Source: Alphaproteobacteria bacterium (GTDB taxonomy: Bacteria; Pseudomonadota; Alphaproteobacteria; GCA-2731375). From it: a DNA stretch of 64,000 nt. Shown piece by piece: positions 30,334 through 40,458 of the stretch. The DNA lies in assembly GCA_965232515.1 (NCBI GenBank), contig CBDDPY010000002.1, positions 2,976,001 through 3,040,000 of the forward strand, read 5' to 3'. The notes beneath the pieces are model-generated. The model had not been told where the DNA came from, made no database searches, and worked only from the letters and a program-made list of their open reading frames with translations. Both the position numbers and the translations under genes were made by a program. Numbering within the stretch: position 1 is the stretch's first letter; each line of letters begins with the position of its first letter.

Positions 30334-31419
30334 ATGACCGAGCGGGCGAAAATCCACCCCCAAGGCCGCCGCGGACGCGGCGCCGTCAGCAACGCCAGCG
30401 GCCGCTTCGAGGCGACCCAGCGCGTCGCCACCGATGACGGCTGGGGCGTGCTCGACGCGGAGCCGCCGCCGCTCAGGACCAAGGTCATCCGCGACAGCTC
30501 GCGCACGGTGATCGCCACCAACCAATCGCCCGACATCGCCTTCGATCAGTCGATCAATCCCTATCGCGGTTGCGAGCATGGCTGCATCTACTGCTTCGCC
30601 AGGCCGACGCATGCCTTTCTCGGCCTGTCGCCCGGTCTCGATTTCGAAAGCACCCTGCTGATGAAACCCGACGCGCCGGCCCTGCTGGCGCGCGAGCTGC
30701 GACGGCCGCGCTACGCCTGCAAGGTCATCGCCATGGGCACCAACACCGATCCCTATCAGCCGCTGGAAAAGCGCATGCGCATCACGCGCGAGATCCTGAA
30801 GGTGCTGGACGCCTTCAACCACCCCGTCGGCATCGTCACCAAGTCGAACCTGATCGTCCGCGACCTCGACATCCTCGGACCGATGGCGCGTCGGGGCCTG
30901 GCCAAGGTCTGCGTCTCCGTGACCACGCTCGACCGGACGCTGGCGCGGCGCATGGAGCCGCGCGCGCCGACGCCGAACCGACGTCTCGAAGCCATCGCGG
31001 CGCTGCGCCGGGCCGGCGTGCCGACCGGCGTGATGGCGGCGCCCATGGTGCCGGCGCTGAACGATCCGGAGCTGGAGAACATCCTCGAGGCCGCGGCCGA
31101 GGCCGGCGCGACGGAGGCCGGCTACATCCTGCTGCGGCTGCCGCTGGAGATCAAAGACCTCTGGCGCGAATGGCTGGAGGAGAACTATCCCGACCGCGCC
31201 GCCCGCATCATGAGCCATATCCGCGCCGCCCGCGGCGGCAAGGACTATGACGCGCAATGGAACAAGCGGATGACCGGCGGCGGTCCCTACGCCGCGATGA
31301 TCGCCCGGCGCTTCAAGCTCGCGACCAAAAGGCTCGGCCTGAACGAGCGGCGCCTGAAGCTCGACACCAGCCAGTTCTGCCCGCCGCCCGAACAGGGCGA
31401 CCAGCTCAGCCTGCTATGA
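30334..31419 (+). CDS. PA0069-family radical SAM protein (SplB-like DNA repair)
   Basis: NPYRGCEHGCIYCFARP, GTNTDPYQP, QLSLL C-terminus. Confidence 0.95.
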   Translation: MTERAKIHPQGRRGRGAVSNASGRFEATQRVATDDGWGVLDAEPPPLRTKVIRDSSRTVIATNQSPDIAFDQSINPYRGCEHGCIYCFARPTHAFLGLSPGLDFESTLLMKPDAPALLARELRRPRYACKVIAMGTNTDPYQPLEKRMRITREILKVLDAFNHPVGIVTKSNLIVRDLDILGPMARRGLAKVCVSVTTLDRTLARRMEPRAPTPNRRLEAIAALRRAGVPTGVMAAPMVPALNDPELENILEAAAEAGATEAGYILLRLPLEIKDLWREWLEENYPDRAARIMSHIRAARGGKDYDAQWNKRMTGGGPYAAMIARRFKLATKRLGLNERRLKLDTSQFCPPPEQGDQLSLL

Positions 31420-31498
31420 TGACTTGAACTGGATCAATCCGATCTGCCCGACGATTGGGCAGCATGCGGGTCGGACGGCAACCGAGGTCGCGGGCGCA

Positions 31499-32509
31499 AT
31501 GGCGGACACGGCGATGCAGGCGATGGTGCTCGACGCGCCGCACGGCGGCCTGGAGCGGCGCACCGTGCCGCGCCCCGAACCGGCCGCCGACCAGGTGCTG
31601 GTCAAGGTCTCGGCCTGCGCCGTCTGCCGCACCGACCTGCACGTGGTCGACGGCGACCTGACCGAGCCGAAGCTGCCGATCATCCCCGGCCACGAGATCG
31701 TCGGCCGCATCGTCGAGACCGGCAGGGACGTGACGCGCTTCCGCGGCGGCGACCGGGTCGGCATTCCCTGGCTCGGCTGGACCTGCGGCGCCTGCGACTA
31801 TTGCCGCGGCGGCCGCGAGAATCTGTGTCCGGAGGCGCGCTTCACCGGCTACCAGATCGACGGCGGCTACGCCGACTATGTCGTCGCCGACGCGCGCTAC
31901 GTGTTCCCGATCAGCGGATCCCACGACGACGCCGAGGCGGCCCCGCTGCTTTGCGCCGGCCTGATCGGCTACCGCACGCTGCGCATGGCCGGCGACGCAC
32001 GCCGCGTCGGCATCTACGGCTTCGGCGCCGCCGCCCATATCGTCGCCCAGCTCTGCGCCCACGAAGGCCGGCAGACCTTCGCCTTCACGCGTCCCGGCGA
32101 CACGGCGGCGCAAGCCTTCGCCCGGCGCCTCGGCGCCGACTGGGCCGGCGGTTCGGACGAGACGCCGCCCGACGAGCTCGACGCGGCGCTGATCTTCGCG
32201 CCGGTCGGCGCCCTTGTGCCGGCGGCGCTCAAGGCCGTCGCGCCGGGCGGCGTGGTCGTCTGCGGCGGCATCCATATGAGCCCGATCCCGTCGTTCGATT
32301 ACGACATCCTCTGGCGCGAGCGCAGCATCCGGTCGGTCGCCAACCTGACCCGCCGCGACGGCGAGGAGTTTCTCGAGCTTGCCCCAAAAGTGCCGATCCG
32401 CACCGAGATCGAACGCTTCCCGCTGGCGCAGGCGAACGAAGCGCTCCGCCGCCTGCGCGCCGGCGAGCTCACCGGCGCCGCCGTGCTGGTCATGGACGCG
32501 AAAGATTGA
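31499..32509 (+). CDS. Zinc-dependent alcohol dehydrogenase family protein
   Basis: CRTDLH, GHEIVG, C..C..C...ENLC, GFGAAAH. Confidence 0.93.
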   Translation: MADTAMQAMVLDAPHGGLERRTVPRPEPAADQVLVKVSACAVCRTDLHVVDGDLTEPKLPIIPGHEIVGRIVETGRDVTRFRGGDRVGIPWLGWTCGACDYCRGGRENLCPEARFTGYQIDGGYADYVVADARYVFPISGSHDDAEAAPLLCAGLIGYRTLRMAGDARRVGIYGFGAAAHIVAQLCAHEGRQTFAFTRPGDTAAQAFARRLGADWAGGSDETPPDELDAALIFAPVGALVPAALKAVAPGGVVVCGGIHMSPIPSFDYDILWRERSIRSVANLTRRDGEEFLELAPKVPIRTEIERFPLAQANEALRRLRAGELTGAAVLVMDAKD

Positions 32510-32618
32510 TCAAACCGCGAGCGAACAATGTTGTTCAAGGCCGCGACCGCGGCCCGCCCGCTTATCGGGCGCGCCCGCGCAGGCGCGGACCGTCAGGTCC
32601 GCTTGCCGTGAGCGCAAA

Positions 32619-33530
32619 TTATGCGAACCACTCGGCGTGATCGCGCTGGAACAGCTCGCGCACATAGTCGATGACGATCCGCGTGCGGCGGATATTGTTG
32701 GTGTCCTCGTGCGAGACCAGCCAGATCTCGCTGGCGATGTCGAGCTCCAGCGGCACGGCGGTCAGGTCGGGAAACACCTGGCGGCTGTAAGCCGGCATCA
32801 GGCCGAGGCCGTAGCCCGCCTGGATGGCGTACTGATAGGCAACCGACGAATTGGTCCGGAAGACGACGGCGTCATGCTCGGCGACGATGTCGCGCCAGAC
32901 CCGCATGGCGGCGCCGCCAAGGCCGTTGTGATCGACCAGGCGATGCGCCTGCAATTCCTCCAATGTCTCCGGCAGGCCGAAGCGGTCCACGTAGGACTGC
33001 GCCGCGAACATGGCGAACCGCATCATGCCGACGCGCTGGGCCACCAGCTTCGGCTCGGTCGGCCGGCCCAGGCGGATCGCCAGGTCGGCCTGCCGGGTCG
33101 ACAGGTCGACGCGCTCGTTGCCGGCGATCACCTCGATCAGTATTTCCGGGTGCGCGATCTGCAGACCGGCCAGCCGCGGCGTCAGCCAGGCCGCCGCCAG
33201 CCCTTCCGTCGCCGCCACCCTGACCACGCCCGCGACCTCACCGTCGATGCCGCCGAAGCGCCGCTCGATGTTGGCGACCGCATCGTTGATCTCGGTCGCG
33301 TAATCCAGCAATCCGCGCGCCGTCGGCGTCGGCCGGATGCCCTTGCCGTGGCGGTCGAACAGCTTGGCCCCGAGATGTTCTTCCAGGCTCTGAATGCGCC
33401 GGCCCACGGTGGACTGATCGGTCTTCAGCCGGTCCGCGGCCTTTGCGAAACTGCCGGCCTGATACACGGCCATGAAGAACCGCATGTCGTCCCAATTGCG
33501 TAGGCCGTTGCGCCTTTTGCGATTTTGCAT
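32619..33530 (-). CDS. LysR-family transcriptional regulator
   Basis: WDDMRFF...GSFAKAA...QSTVGRRIQSLEE.LG.KLFDR HTH; ADLAIR. Confidence 0.95.
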   Translation of the reverse strand: MQNRKRRNGLRNWDDMRFFMAVYQAGSFAKAADRLKTDQSTVGRRIQSLEEHLGAKLFDRHGKGIRPTPTARGLLDYATEINDAVANIERRFGGIDGEVAGVVRVAATEGLAAAWLTPRLAGLQIAHPEILIEVIAGNERVDLSTRQADLAIRLGRPTEPKLVAQRVGMMRFAMFAAQSYVDRFGLPETLEELQAHRLVDHNGLGGAAMRVWRDIVAEHDAVVFRTNSSVAYQYAIQAGYGLGLMPAYSRQVFPDLTAVPLELDIASEIWLVSHEDTNNIRRTRIVIDYVRELFQRDHAEWFA

Positions 33531-33587
33531 CTCAGGTTTGCGTCTTTCGGTCTTCCGGCCCTACCCCCTTAACCATACCTTTACCCT

Positions 33588-34082
33588 ATGTTGAGAGGGC
33601 AAGGACGCTCAACCATGAGAGCGAAACCAAATCTTCTTCAATCGCAGATCGTGATCCGCGAAGTCGATGCGGAAGCGATCTTCGCCACGGCGATGACGTT
33701 GCTGGCGAAGCAGGGCAGAGAGGGAAAAGCCCTGACCTGGCTCACGGCGGCGGCCGAAGCCGGGCATCTGGAGGCGCAGTTCAATCTCGGCATCCTCTAC
33801 ACCATGGGTGACGTGGTGCCGTATGACGCGCAGATGGCGTTTTTCTGGATACGGCAGGCGGCCTATGGGGGCATGGCTCGCGCGCAATACTGGCTCGCTC
33901 GTTGTCACATGACCGGCGAGCTCGCCGAGCAGTCGTTTGCCGAGGCCTATCGCTGGAGCGTTACCGCACATGCGCAGGGCTTCCCCGACACCGGCATCAT
34001 CCGGGCGGCGGCCGGGGAACGCCTCAGCGCGGCGGAACGACGCGAGATCGATAGGGCCGCGACCGCTGGAACTCAAGCCTGA
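33588..34082 (+). CDS. Sel1-repeat protein
   Basis: W..AAAEAGH..AQFNLG..Y; AQYWLA..H..G; AYRW...A. Confidence 0.85.
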   Translation: MLRGQGRSTMRAKPNLLQSQIVIREVDAEAIFATAMTLLAKQGREGKALTWLTAAAEAGHLEAQFNLGILYTMGDVVPYDAQMAFFWIRQAAYGGMARAQYWLARCHMTGELAEQSFAEAYRWSVTAHAQGFPDTGIIRAAAGERLSAAERREIDRAATAGTQA

Positions 34083-34096
34083 GGGAGGGACGGCGG

Positions 34097-34684
34097 TCAG
34101 GCCAGCGACAGGCGTCCCGGCCGGGGCGTCTGTCGTTGCGCCGACCGTTCCAGGACGCCGGGCCGGTCCGGATCCTCGTCGGGGCGAATCAGCAGCATGG
34201 GATCGCTGTCCGCGTTCAGCGCCTGCGGATCCGCCGGCAGATCTCGGACCATCGTCACATATTCGAAGTCCGAGAATCGGAAGACCTGATCGTTTTTGAC
34301 CCGGAAACCGAATTTTTGCCAATGCCGGACCAGATGCCGCTGGGCGTGCACCAGCACGCGCCGATACCCCTTGCGCCGGCATAGCTCGAAGCTCCTGTCG
34401 AGAATTCGTCCCGAGACGCCGCTGCCGCGATAGCCCGGCAGCACCGCCATGCGTTCGCCCTTGGCGAAGTCGGCGAACCAGCGCCAGCGCACGCAGGCCG
34501 CCGGCCGGCCGTCGACCAGACCCAGCACATGCGTGGCGCTGTAGTCGTTGCCGTCGAATTCCTCGTCATACGGGCAGGCCTGCTCGGCCAGGTACACGGC
34601 CGCGCGGATGGCCAGGACCTGCGCCATTTCCTCGGCGTTGCCGACGATCTTGGTCACGACGGAAGGCTCAAAGGTCATCGTCAT
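34097..34684 (-). CDS. GNAT-family acyltransferase (ElaA/YjcF-like)
   Basis: IRAAVY..EQ.CP..EEFDGND, ERMAVLPGYRGSG, HAQ..L...W..FGF. Confidence 0.88.
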   Translation of the reverse strand: MTMTFEPSVVTKIVGNAEEMAQVLAIRAAVYLAEQACPYDEEFDGNDYSATHVLGLVDGRPAACVRWRWFADFAKGERMAVLPGYRGSGVSGRILDRSFELCRRKGYRRVLVHAQRHLVRHWQKFGFRVKNDQVFRFSDFEYVTMVRDLPADPQALNADSDPMLLIRPDEDPDRPGVLERSAQRQTPRPGRLSLA

Positions 34685-36017
34685 GCCCGCCTCCTCGCGG
34701 CGTCGCCTGGTTCGTCGCCACGTCCGTCGCCGCCGGCCGATGCAAGTCGGGCCCCAGCCGGCCGGTCTGCATATCGTGCAGCGCTGCCGCCACCGCGTTC
34801 GCGGTCATGCCGTCGGCGCCGTTGCGGATCGCCGTCGCCGAGACCTCGTCGCGGCGCAGGAACGGCATTGGATAGATCCAGCCGCATTCGTCCATGATCA
34901 GGCGCGCGTGCATGCCGCCGAAATCGCTGCCGTGAATGCCGTGCATCGGCTGGCCGGGATGGGCCCGGCGCAGCTCGCGAATGACGCCGAAAAAGCCCTC
35001 CTTCTCATAAATGTCGGGCATGTAGGCGACCTCGACCCGGTCGCTGAGGCCGGCTTCCGCGATCGCCATCTCGATCAGCTGCCGGCGGGTCGCCGGCAGC
35101 AGGAAGCGGTCGCCGGTCGGAAAATAGTTGGCATGCGGGTCGGCCCGGTCGGTCAGCTCGTAGACCTGATAGCCGCCCTCGAATCCGGCGATTTGGATTT
35201 CGCCGCGCTGCAGCGCCCGCTGGTGCAGCCAGGGCACCACGGTCGGGTGGATGACGACCTTGTCCAGCTCACGGTCCACCAGCGCCTCGCGGACCAGCCG
35301 CAGGTGCGATTCGTGGAACGGGTTGAAGGTGCCGAGAAACAGGCCGACGCCGCCCTTCGGATACAGCAACGCCCGCAGATCCGACAGCACGCCGAGGCCG
35401 AAGATCACGGCGCCGAAGCCGATGCCGGTGATCAGAAACATCTCGCGCAGCACGGGCAAACCGGCCGTGCCGAGTCCGGTCAGCACCATGGTCGCGCACA
35501 GACCGATGAGAATATTCCTGTACCAGTCGCCGATCCGCCGCTGGAACAGGAAGAAGCCGAAGTATTGCGCGCCCTGCGAGGCCAACGTGGTGACAGCCGC
35601 CGCGCCGGCGACGCCGCCGACCGTGGCCAGCCCTTCCGGCCGCAAGCCGCCGCCATAGGCCAGGAACGACATGGCCGCCAGATTGAAGGCGAATTGGCCG
35701 CCGAAGCGCGCCAGCCGGCCGAACGTCACCGAGCTGAACAGATCGTTCGCCCAGTCCGTCAGATCGTTGCTCAGCCGCGCATAGGTCGGCATGAAGCCGG
35801 CGATGAAGATCGTAACGGCGATAAGCGCAGTGTTGCTCCAGGCGTCGTGACCGTAGCCGTAGGCCAGATACATGACCAGCGACACGATCAACGCCAGGTG
35901 CGCCGTCGGACTGCGCCGCCAGGCGTCCCAGTTTCCCTGCCGGTTGACCGCGCGCTTGACCGGCCCGCCGCATGACGGGCGCACGGATGAACCGGACGCT
36001 GATGAGAATAATTGCAT
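34668..36017 (-). CDS. Membrane protein fused to a NadD/cytidylyltransferase-like (HIGH-superfamily) nucleotidyltransferase domain
   Basis: Five to six hydrophobic segments, then GLFLGTFNPFHESH, LDKVVIHP, GIHGSD, VSATAIR; start uncertain. Confidence 0.75.
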   Translation of the reverse strand: MQLFSSASGSSVRPSCGGPVKRAVNRQGNWDAWRRSPTAHLALIVSLVMYLAYGYGHDAWSNTALIAVTIFIAGFMPTYARLSNDLTDWANDLFSSVTFGRLARFGGQFAFNLAAMSFLAYGGGLRPEGLATVGGVAGAAAVTTLASQGAQYFGFFLFQRRIGDWYRNILIGLCATMVLTGLGTAGLPVLREMFLITGIGFGAVIFGLGVLSDLRALLYPKGGVGLFLGTFNPFHESHLRLVREALVDRELDKVVIHPTVVPWLHQRALQRGEIQIAGFEGGYQVYELTDRADPHANYFPTGDRFLLPATRRQLIEMAIAEAGLSDRVEVAYMPDIYEKEGFFGVIRELRRAHPGQPMHGIHGSDFGGMHARLIMDECGWIYPMPFLRRDEVSATAIRNGADGMTANAVAAALHDMQTGRLGPDLHRPAATDVATNQATPRGGGHDDDL

Positions 36018-36444
36018 ACCCGTATGTCCCCCGGATGTGTCTACGGGATCAGTGCTTAACAAATCGATAGTATTTTTATATTGGATTTTAGATATTTTTT
36101 ATGTTTACTTGTCATTTTCTATGATATTCGAATGTATGCTCTAATGATGAAAATTTCAACTCAAATAACCGTAAGTGAAGACAGTTTTTTCTTTAACGCT
36201 ACTATTTAGCGTTACTGGTGAGGCGTTTCCTTGGCCTGCCGGCCGCGACAGCGGCCGCGATCCGCATATCGGCCGCAAATTCACCGTATCTCTACACGCT
36301 CTATCAACCGCGCTCGTGCTATTGCTTTGGCCATAAGACGATTCGAGAGCGATATGGGGGTGGTGACGGCCAATGCGGCAGTGGCAACTGGTCATATGTT
36401 TGCCGCCAATCCGGCGACTGGGCCTGTGCTAAGGTCGCGCCGCC

Positions 36445-37914
36445 ATGCACGCTGACGCCCTTATCGAAATCGGTCTCGTGGCCATGACGGCGCTGGTCTG
36501 GGGCTTGCTGCTGCAGCGCCTGCGCCAGCCGCCGATCGTCGGCTACATCTTTGCGGGCGTCTGTCTCGGCCCCTCGATCCTCGGCCTGATCGACAATCGC
36601 GACGCCATCAACGTCTTCGCCGAGCTCGGCGTGCTCCTGCTGCTGTTCACCATCGGCATGGAGCTGTCGCTGCGCGGCTTCAAGCGGGTCTATCGGGTCG
36701 CGCTGATCGGCGCCGGCTCGCAAATATTCCTCAGCGTCGGCATCATGCTGCTGCTGTCGCGGCTGTTCGGCTGGTCGACCGAGGCGGCCGTGCTCGGCGG
36801 CTTCGTCGTCGCGATCTCCAGCACCGCCGTCGCCATGAAGATCCTGCAGGACATCGGCGAGCTGCGCAGCGATGTCGGCCGCACGGCCGTCGGCGTGCTG
36901 ATCGCCCAGGACCTGGCCGTCATCCCGATGCTGCTGGTCATCGAATCCATGGCCCGCAGCGCCAGCTTCGACCTCGCCGGCGTCGCCAAGACCGTCGTCG
37001 CCATCGGCCTGCTGGCGGCGATGATCGCCTATCTCACCCGGCGCGAGCGGGTGCGCATTCCCTTCGCCGAACAGCTCGGCGACAATATCGAGCTGGCGGC
37101 GCTGTCGGCGCTCGCCTTCTGTTTCGGCGCCGCCCTGCTCTCGGGCCTGCTCGGCCTGTCGCCGGCCTACGGCGCCTTCCTCGCCGGTCTCTGGATCGGC
37201 AACAGCAACGCCCGGCCCGGCGTGCTGCGCGCGACCATGCCGATCCAGAGCGTGCTGCTGATGGCGTTCTTCCTGTCGATCGGCCTGCTGCTGGACCTCG
37301 GCTACATCTGGGCCAATCTCGGCCAGGTCATCGTACTGCTGATCATCGTGACCCTGTTCAAGACGGCGATGAACGTGCTGGTGCTGCGGATGGCGGGCGA
37401 GCCCTGGCCGCGCGCCTGGCTCGCCGGCGTCGTCATCGGCCAGATCGGCGAGTTTTCCTTCGTGCTGGCCGCGGCCGGCATCGCCGCCGGCGTGATCAGC
37501 GCCGACGACAACCGCATGCTGGTGTCGGTGATCGCGCTCAGCCTGATGATCAGCCCGTTCTGGCTGGTTACCGCCCGCCGCATGGAGCGGGTGCAGTGGC
37601 ATCGCGTGCTGTCGCTCCGGCAGCTCCTGCGGGCGCTTTACGGCCGCGAGACCCGCGCCGTGGTCGCTGCCTCGAACCGCGCCGTGGCCGAGACCAGGAA
37701 GTTTTCCCTGCGGCTGGGCGACCGCGGCACCGATCTCTATCACCGCATGCGCGGCAAGTCGGAAACTGCCACTGAAGACGGCAAGGCTGAGGCCGAAACC
37801 GCCGAGGCGGCGGCAGACGCCGTCTTTGCAGCGCCCGTCGACGAAGCGCCGGCGGAAGCCGAGCCGGACGAACCCGAGCGACCGCCCCTGCGGATTGCCC
37901 GGCCCAATGGCTGA
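36445..37914 (+). CDS. CPA2 cation:proton antiporter (Kef-like, no KTN domain)
   Basis: [40 protein letters not shown]. Confidence 0.92.
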   Translation: MHADALIEIGLVAMTALVWGLLLQRLRQPPIVGYIFAGVCLGPSILGLIDNRDAINVFAELGVLLLLFTIGMELSLRGFKRVYRVALIGAGSQIFLSVGIMLLLSRLFGWSTEAAVLGGFVVAISSTAVAMKILQDIGELRSDVGRTAVGVLIAQDLAVIPMLLVIESMARSASFDLAGVAKTVVAIGLLAAMIAYLTRRERVRIPFAEQLGDNIELAALSALAFCFGAALLSGLLGLSPAYGAFLAGLWIGNSNARPGVLRATMPIQSVLLMAFFLSIGLLLDLGYIWANLGQVIVLLIIVTLFKTAMNVLVLRMAGEPWPRAWLAGVVIGQIGEFSFVLAAAGIAAGVISADDNRMLVSVIALSLMISPFWLVTARRMERVQWHRVLSLRQLLRALYGRETRAVVAASNRAVAETRKFSLRLGDRGTDLYHRMRGKSETATEDGKAEAETAEAAADAVFAAPVDEAPAEAEPDEPERPPLRIARPNG

Positions 37915-38473
37915 CCGACCCGGCCCGGTGGCCGGCATCGACGAGGCCGGCCGCGGGCCCTGGGCCGGGCCGGTCGTGGCGGCGGCGGTGATCCTCGATC
38001 CCGACAACGTTCCCGCCGGCATCGCCGATTCCAAGGCGCTGAAGCCGGCCCGGCGCGAGGCCCTGTTGCCGGCGATCGAAGCCGCGGCCGAGGTCGGCGT
38101 CGGCCAGGCGAGCGTCACGGAAATCGATGACCTGAACATCCTGGCCGCGACCATGCTCGCCATGCGCCGCGCCGTCGCCGCCCTGCCGCGTCCGCCGGCG
38201 CTGGCGCTGGTCGACGGCAACCGCGACCCGGGTCTCGGCTGCCAGACCCGGTGCATCGTCAAGGGCGACGCCCGTTGCCCGGCGATTGCCGCGGCCTCGA
38301 TTGTCGCCAAGGTCACGCGCGACCGGATCATGGCCGGCCTGGCCGCCGCGCATCCCGGCTACGGCTGGGAACGCAACGTCGGCTACGGCACCGCCCAGCA
38401 CCGCGCCGCGCTGGCCGAACTTGGCGTTACGCCGCATCACCGCCGCTCCTTCGCGCCGATCCGGCAACAGCTC

Positions 38474-38500
<27 letters not shown>
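37907..38500 (+). CDS. rnhB: Ribonuclease HII
   Basis: [39 protein letters not shown]. Confidence 0.97.
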
Positions 38501-39644
<1,144 letters not shown>

Positions 39645-39820
39645 CGTGCCAGACGGACGGCCTTGACATACGGGCCGTCGCCGGCGCATATCCGGCGTCG
39701 GTGCGCAGGGGCGCCACGCCCGCCGAAAGGCCTTCCACCCTGACACGACCCTGTTGTGCCGACCTGTCGGTTCTCACGGATCAAATGGAGCGGGATCGAT
39801 CCGGATGTGGAGAAACGACC

Positions 39821-40339
39821 ATGTTGGACCCCGTCAAGATTCTGAAAGACCGCGCGCGAGCGCTGCACGCCGCCGTCCGCGACGGTAACGAGGCCGCGCT
39901 TACCGAGGCCCGCCGGCTGCGTGAATTCCGCGGCGCCGGCCGCGCCGAAATTTCCAGCAGCGTGAAGCGACGCCACTGCCTCGCCCTCATGGCCCGCCGC
40001 ACCGGCTTCGACGGCTGGCCGCACGCGCTGCAGGTGCTCGACGGCCGGCGCGACGACGATTTCGGCCGCCTGCTCTGTCCCGGACGCTGCATGGCGCATA
40101 TCAACATCTGGAGCGCCGACTATGCCGAGGCGCGAACGATCCGGACCGCGCACGGCGGCACGCTGCTCGCCTACCGGCGGCAGTACCTGATCGTCGAGGA
40201 CGGCTATCTCCGCACGCTGGGCCTCGCGCCCGAGGACCCGGACTGGGACGGCATCGACCGCGACTGGGTCCGCCCCGCCGACCCCGCCGCCCGCCGCCGC
40301 CTCTACGGCAAGCTGATCCAGGCCACCGTCGGCCACTGA
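39821..40339 (+). CDS. Conserved-looking hypothetical protein
   Basis: GGAGA SD, GC3-biased codons, LK.RAR.LH...ARRTGFDGW and DPDW...RDW motifs. Confidence 0.7.
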   Translation: MLDPVKILKDRARALHAAVRDGNEAALTEARRLREFRGAGRAEISSSVKRRHCLALMARRTGFDGWPHALQVLDGRRDDDFGRLLCPGRCMAHINIWSADYAEARTIRTAHGGTLLAYRRQYLIVEDGYLRTLGLAPEDPDWDGIDRDWVRPADPAARRRLYGKLIQATVGH

Positions 40340-40353
40340 CTCCACCGACGAAG

Positions 40354-40453
40354 TTCCGGGGACAGTAACCGCAATTCGCAACGACCTATTCCGGTGACAG
40401 TAACCATAACTTCGATGCCAGCGATTCGAGTTACGGTTACTGTCACCGGAATT
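40354..40453. repeat. Three-copy ~25 bp repeat (two direct, one inverted) forming a hairpin; REP/REPIN-like
   Basis: TTCCGG(G/T)GACAGTAACC at 40354 and 40389; inverted copy at 40427-40453. Confidence 0.8.
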
Positions 40454-40458
40454 AAGAG

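Noticed and set aside
32523-32536. GAAC-N6-GTTC as an SOS box
   Set aside because: It fits neither the alphaproteobacterial direct repeat nor the GAAC-N4-GTTC form, and it lies between convergent genes.
34668-36017. Housekeeping nadD
   Set aside because: The membrane fusion, HxSH motif and absence of the usual proA/rsfS context argue against it.
40354-40453. Mini CRISPR array
   Set aside because: Only two direct copies with a ~10 bp gap, the third is inverted, and there are no cas genes.
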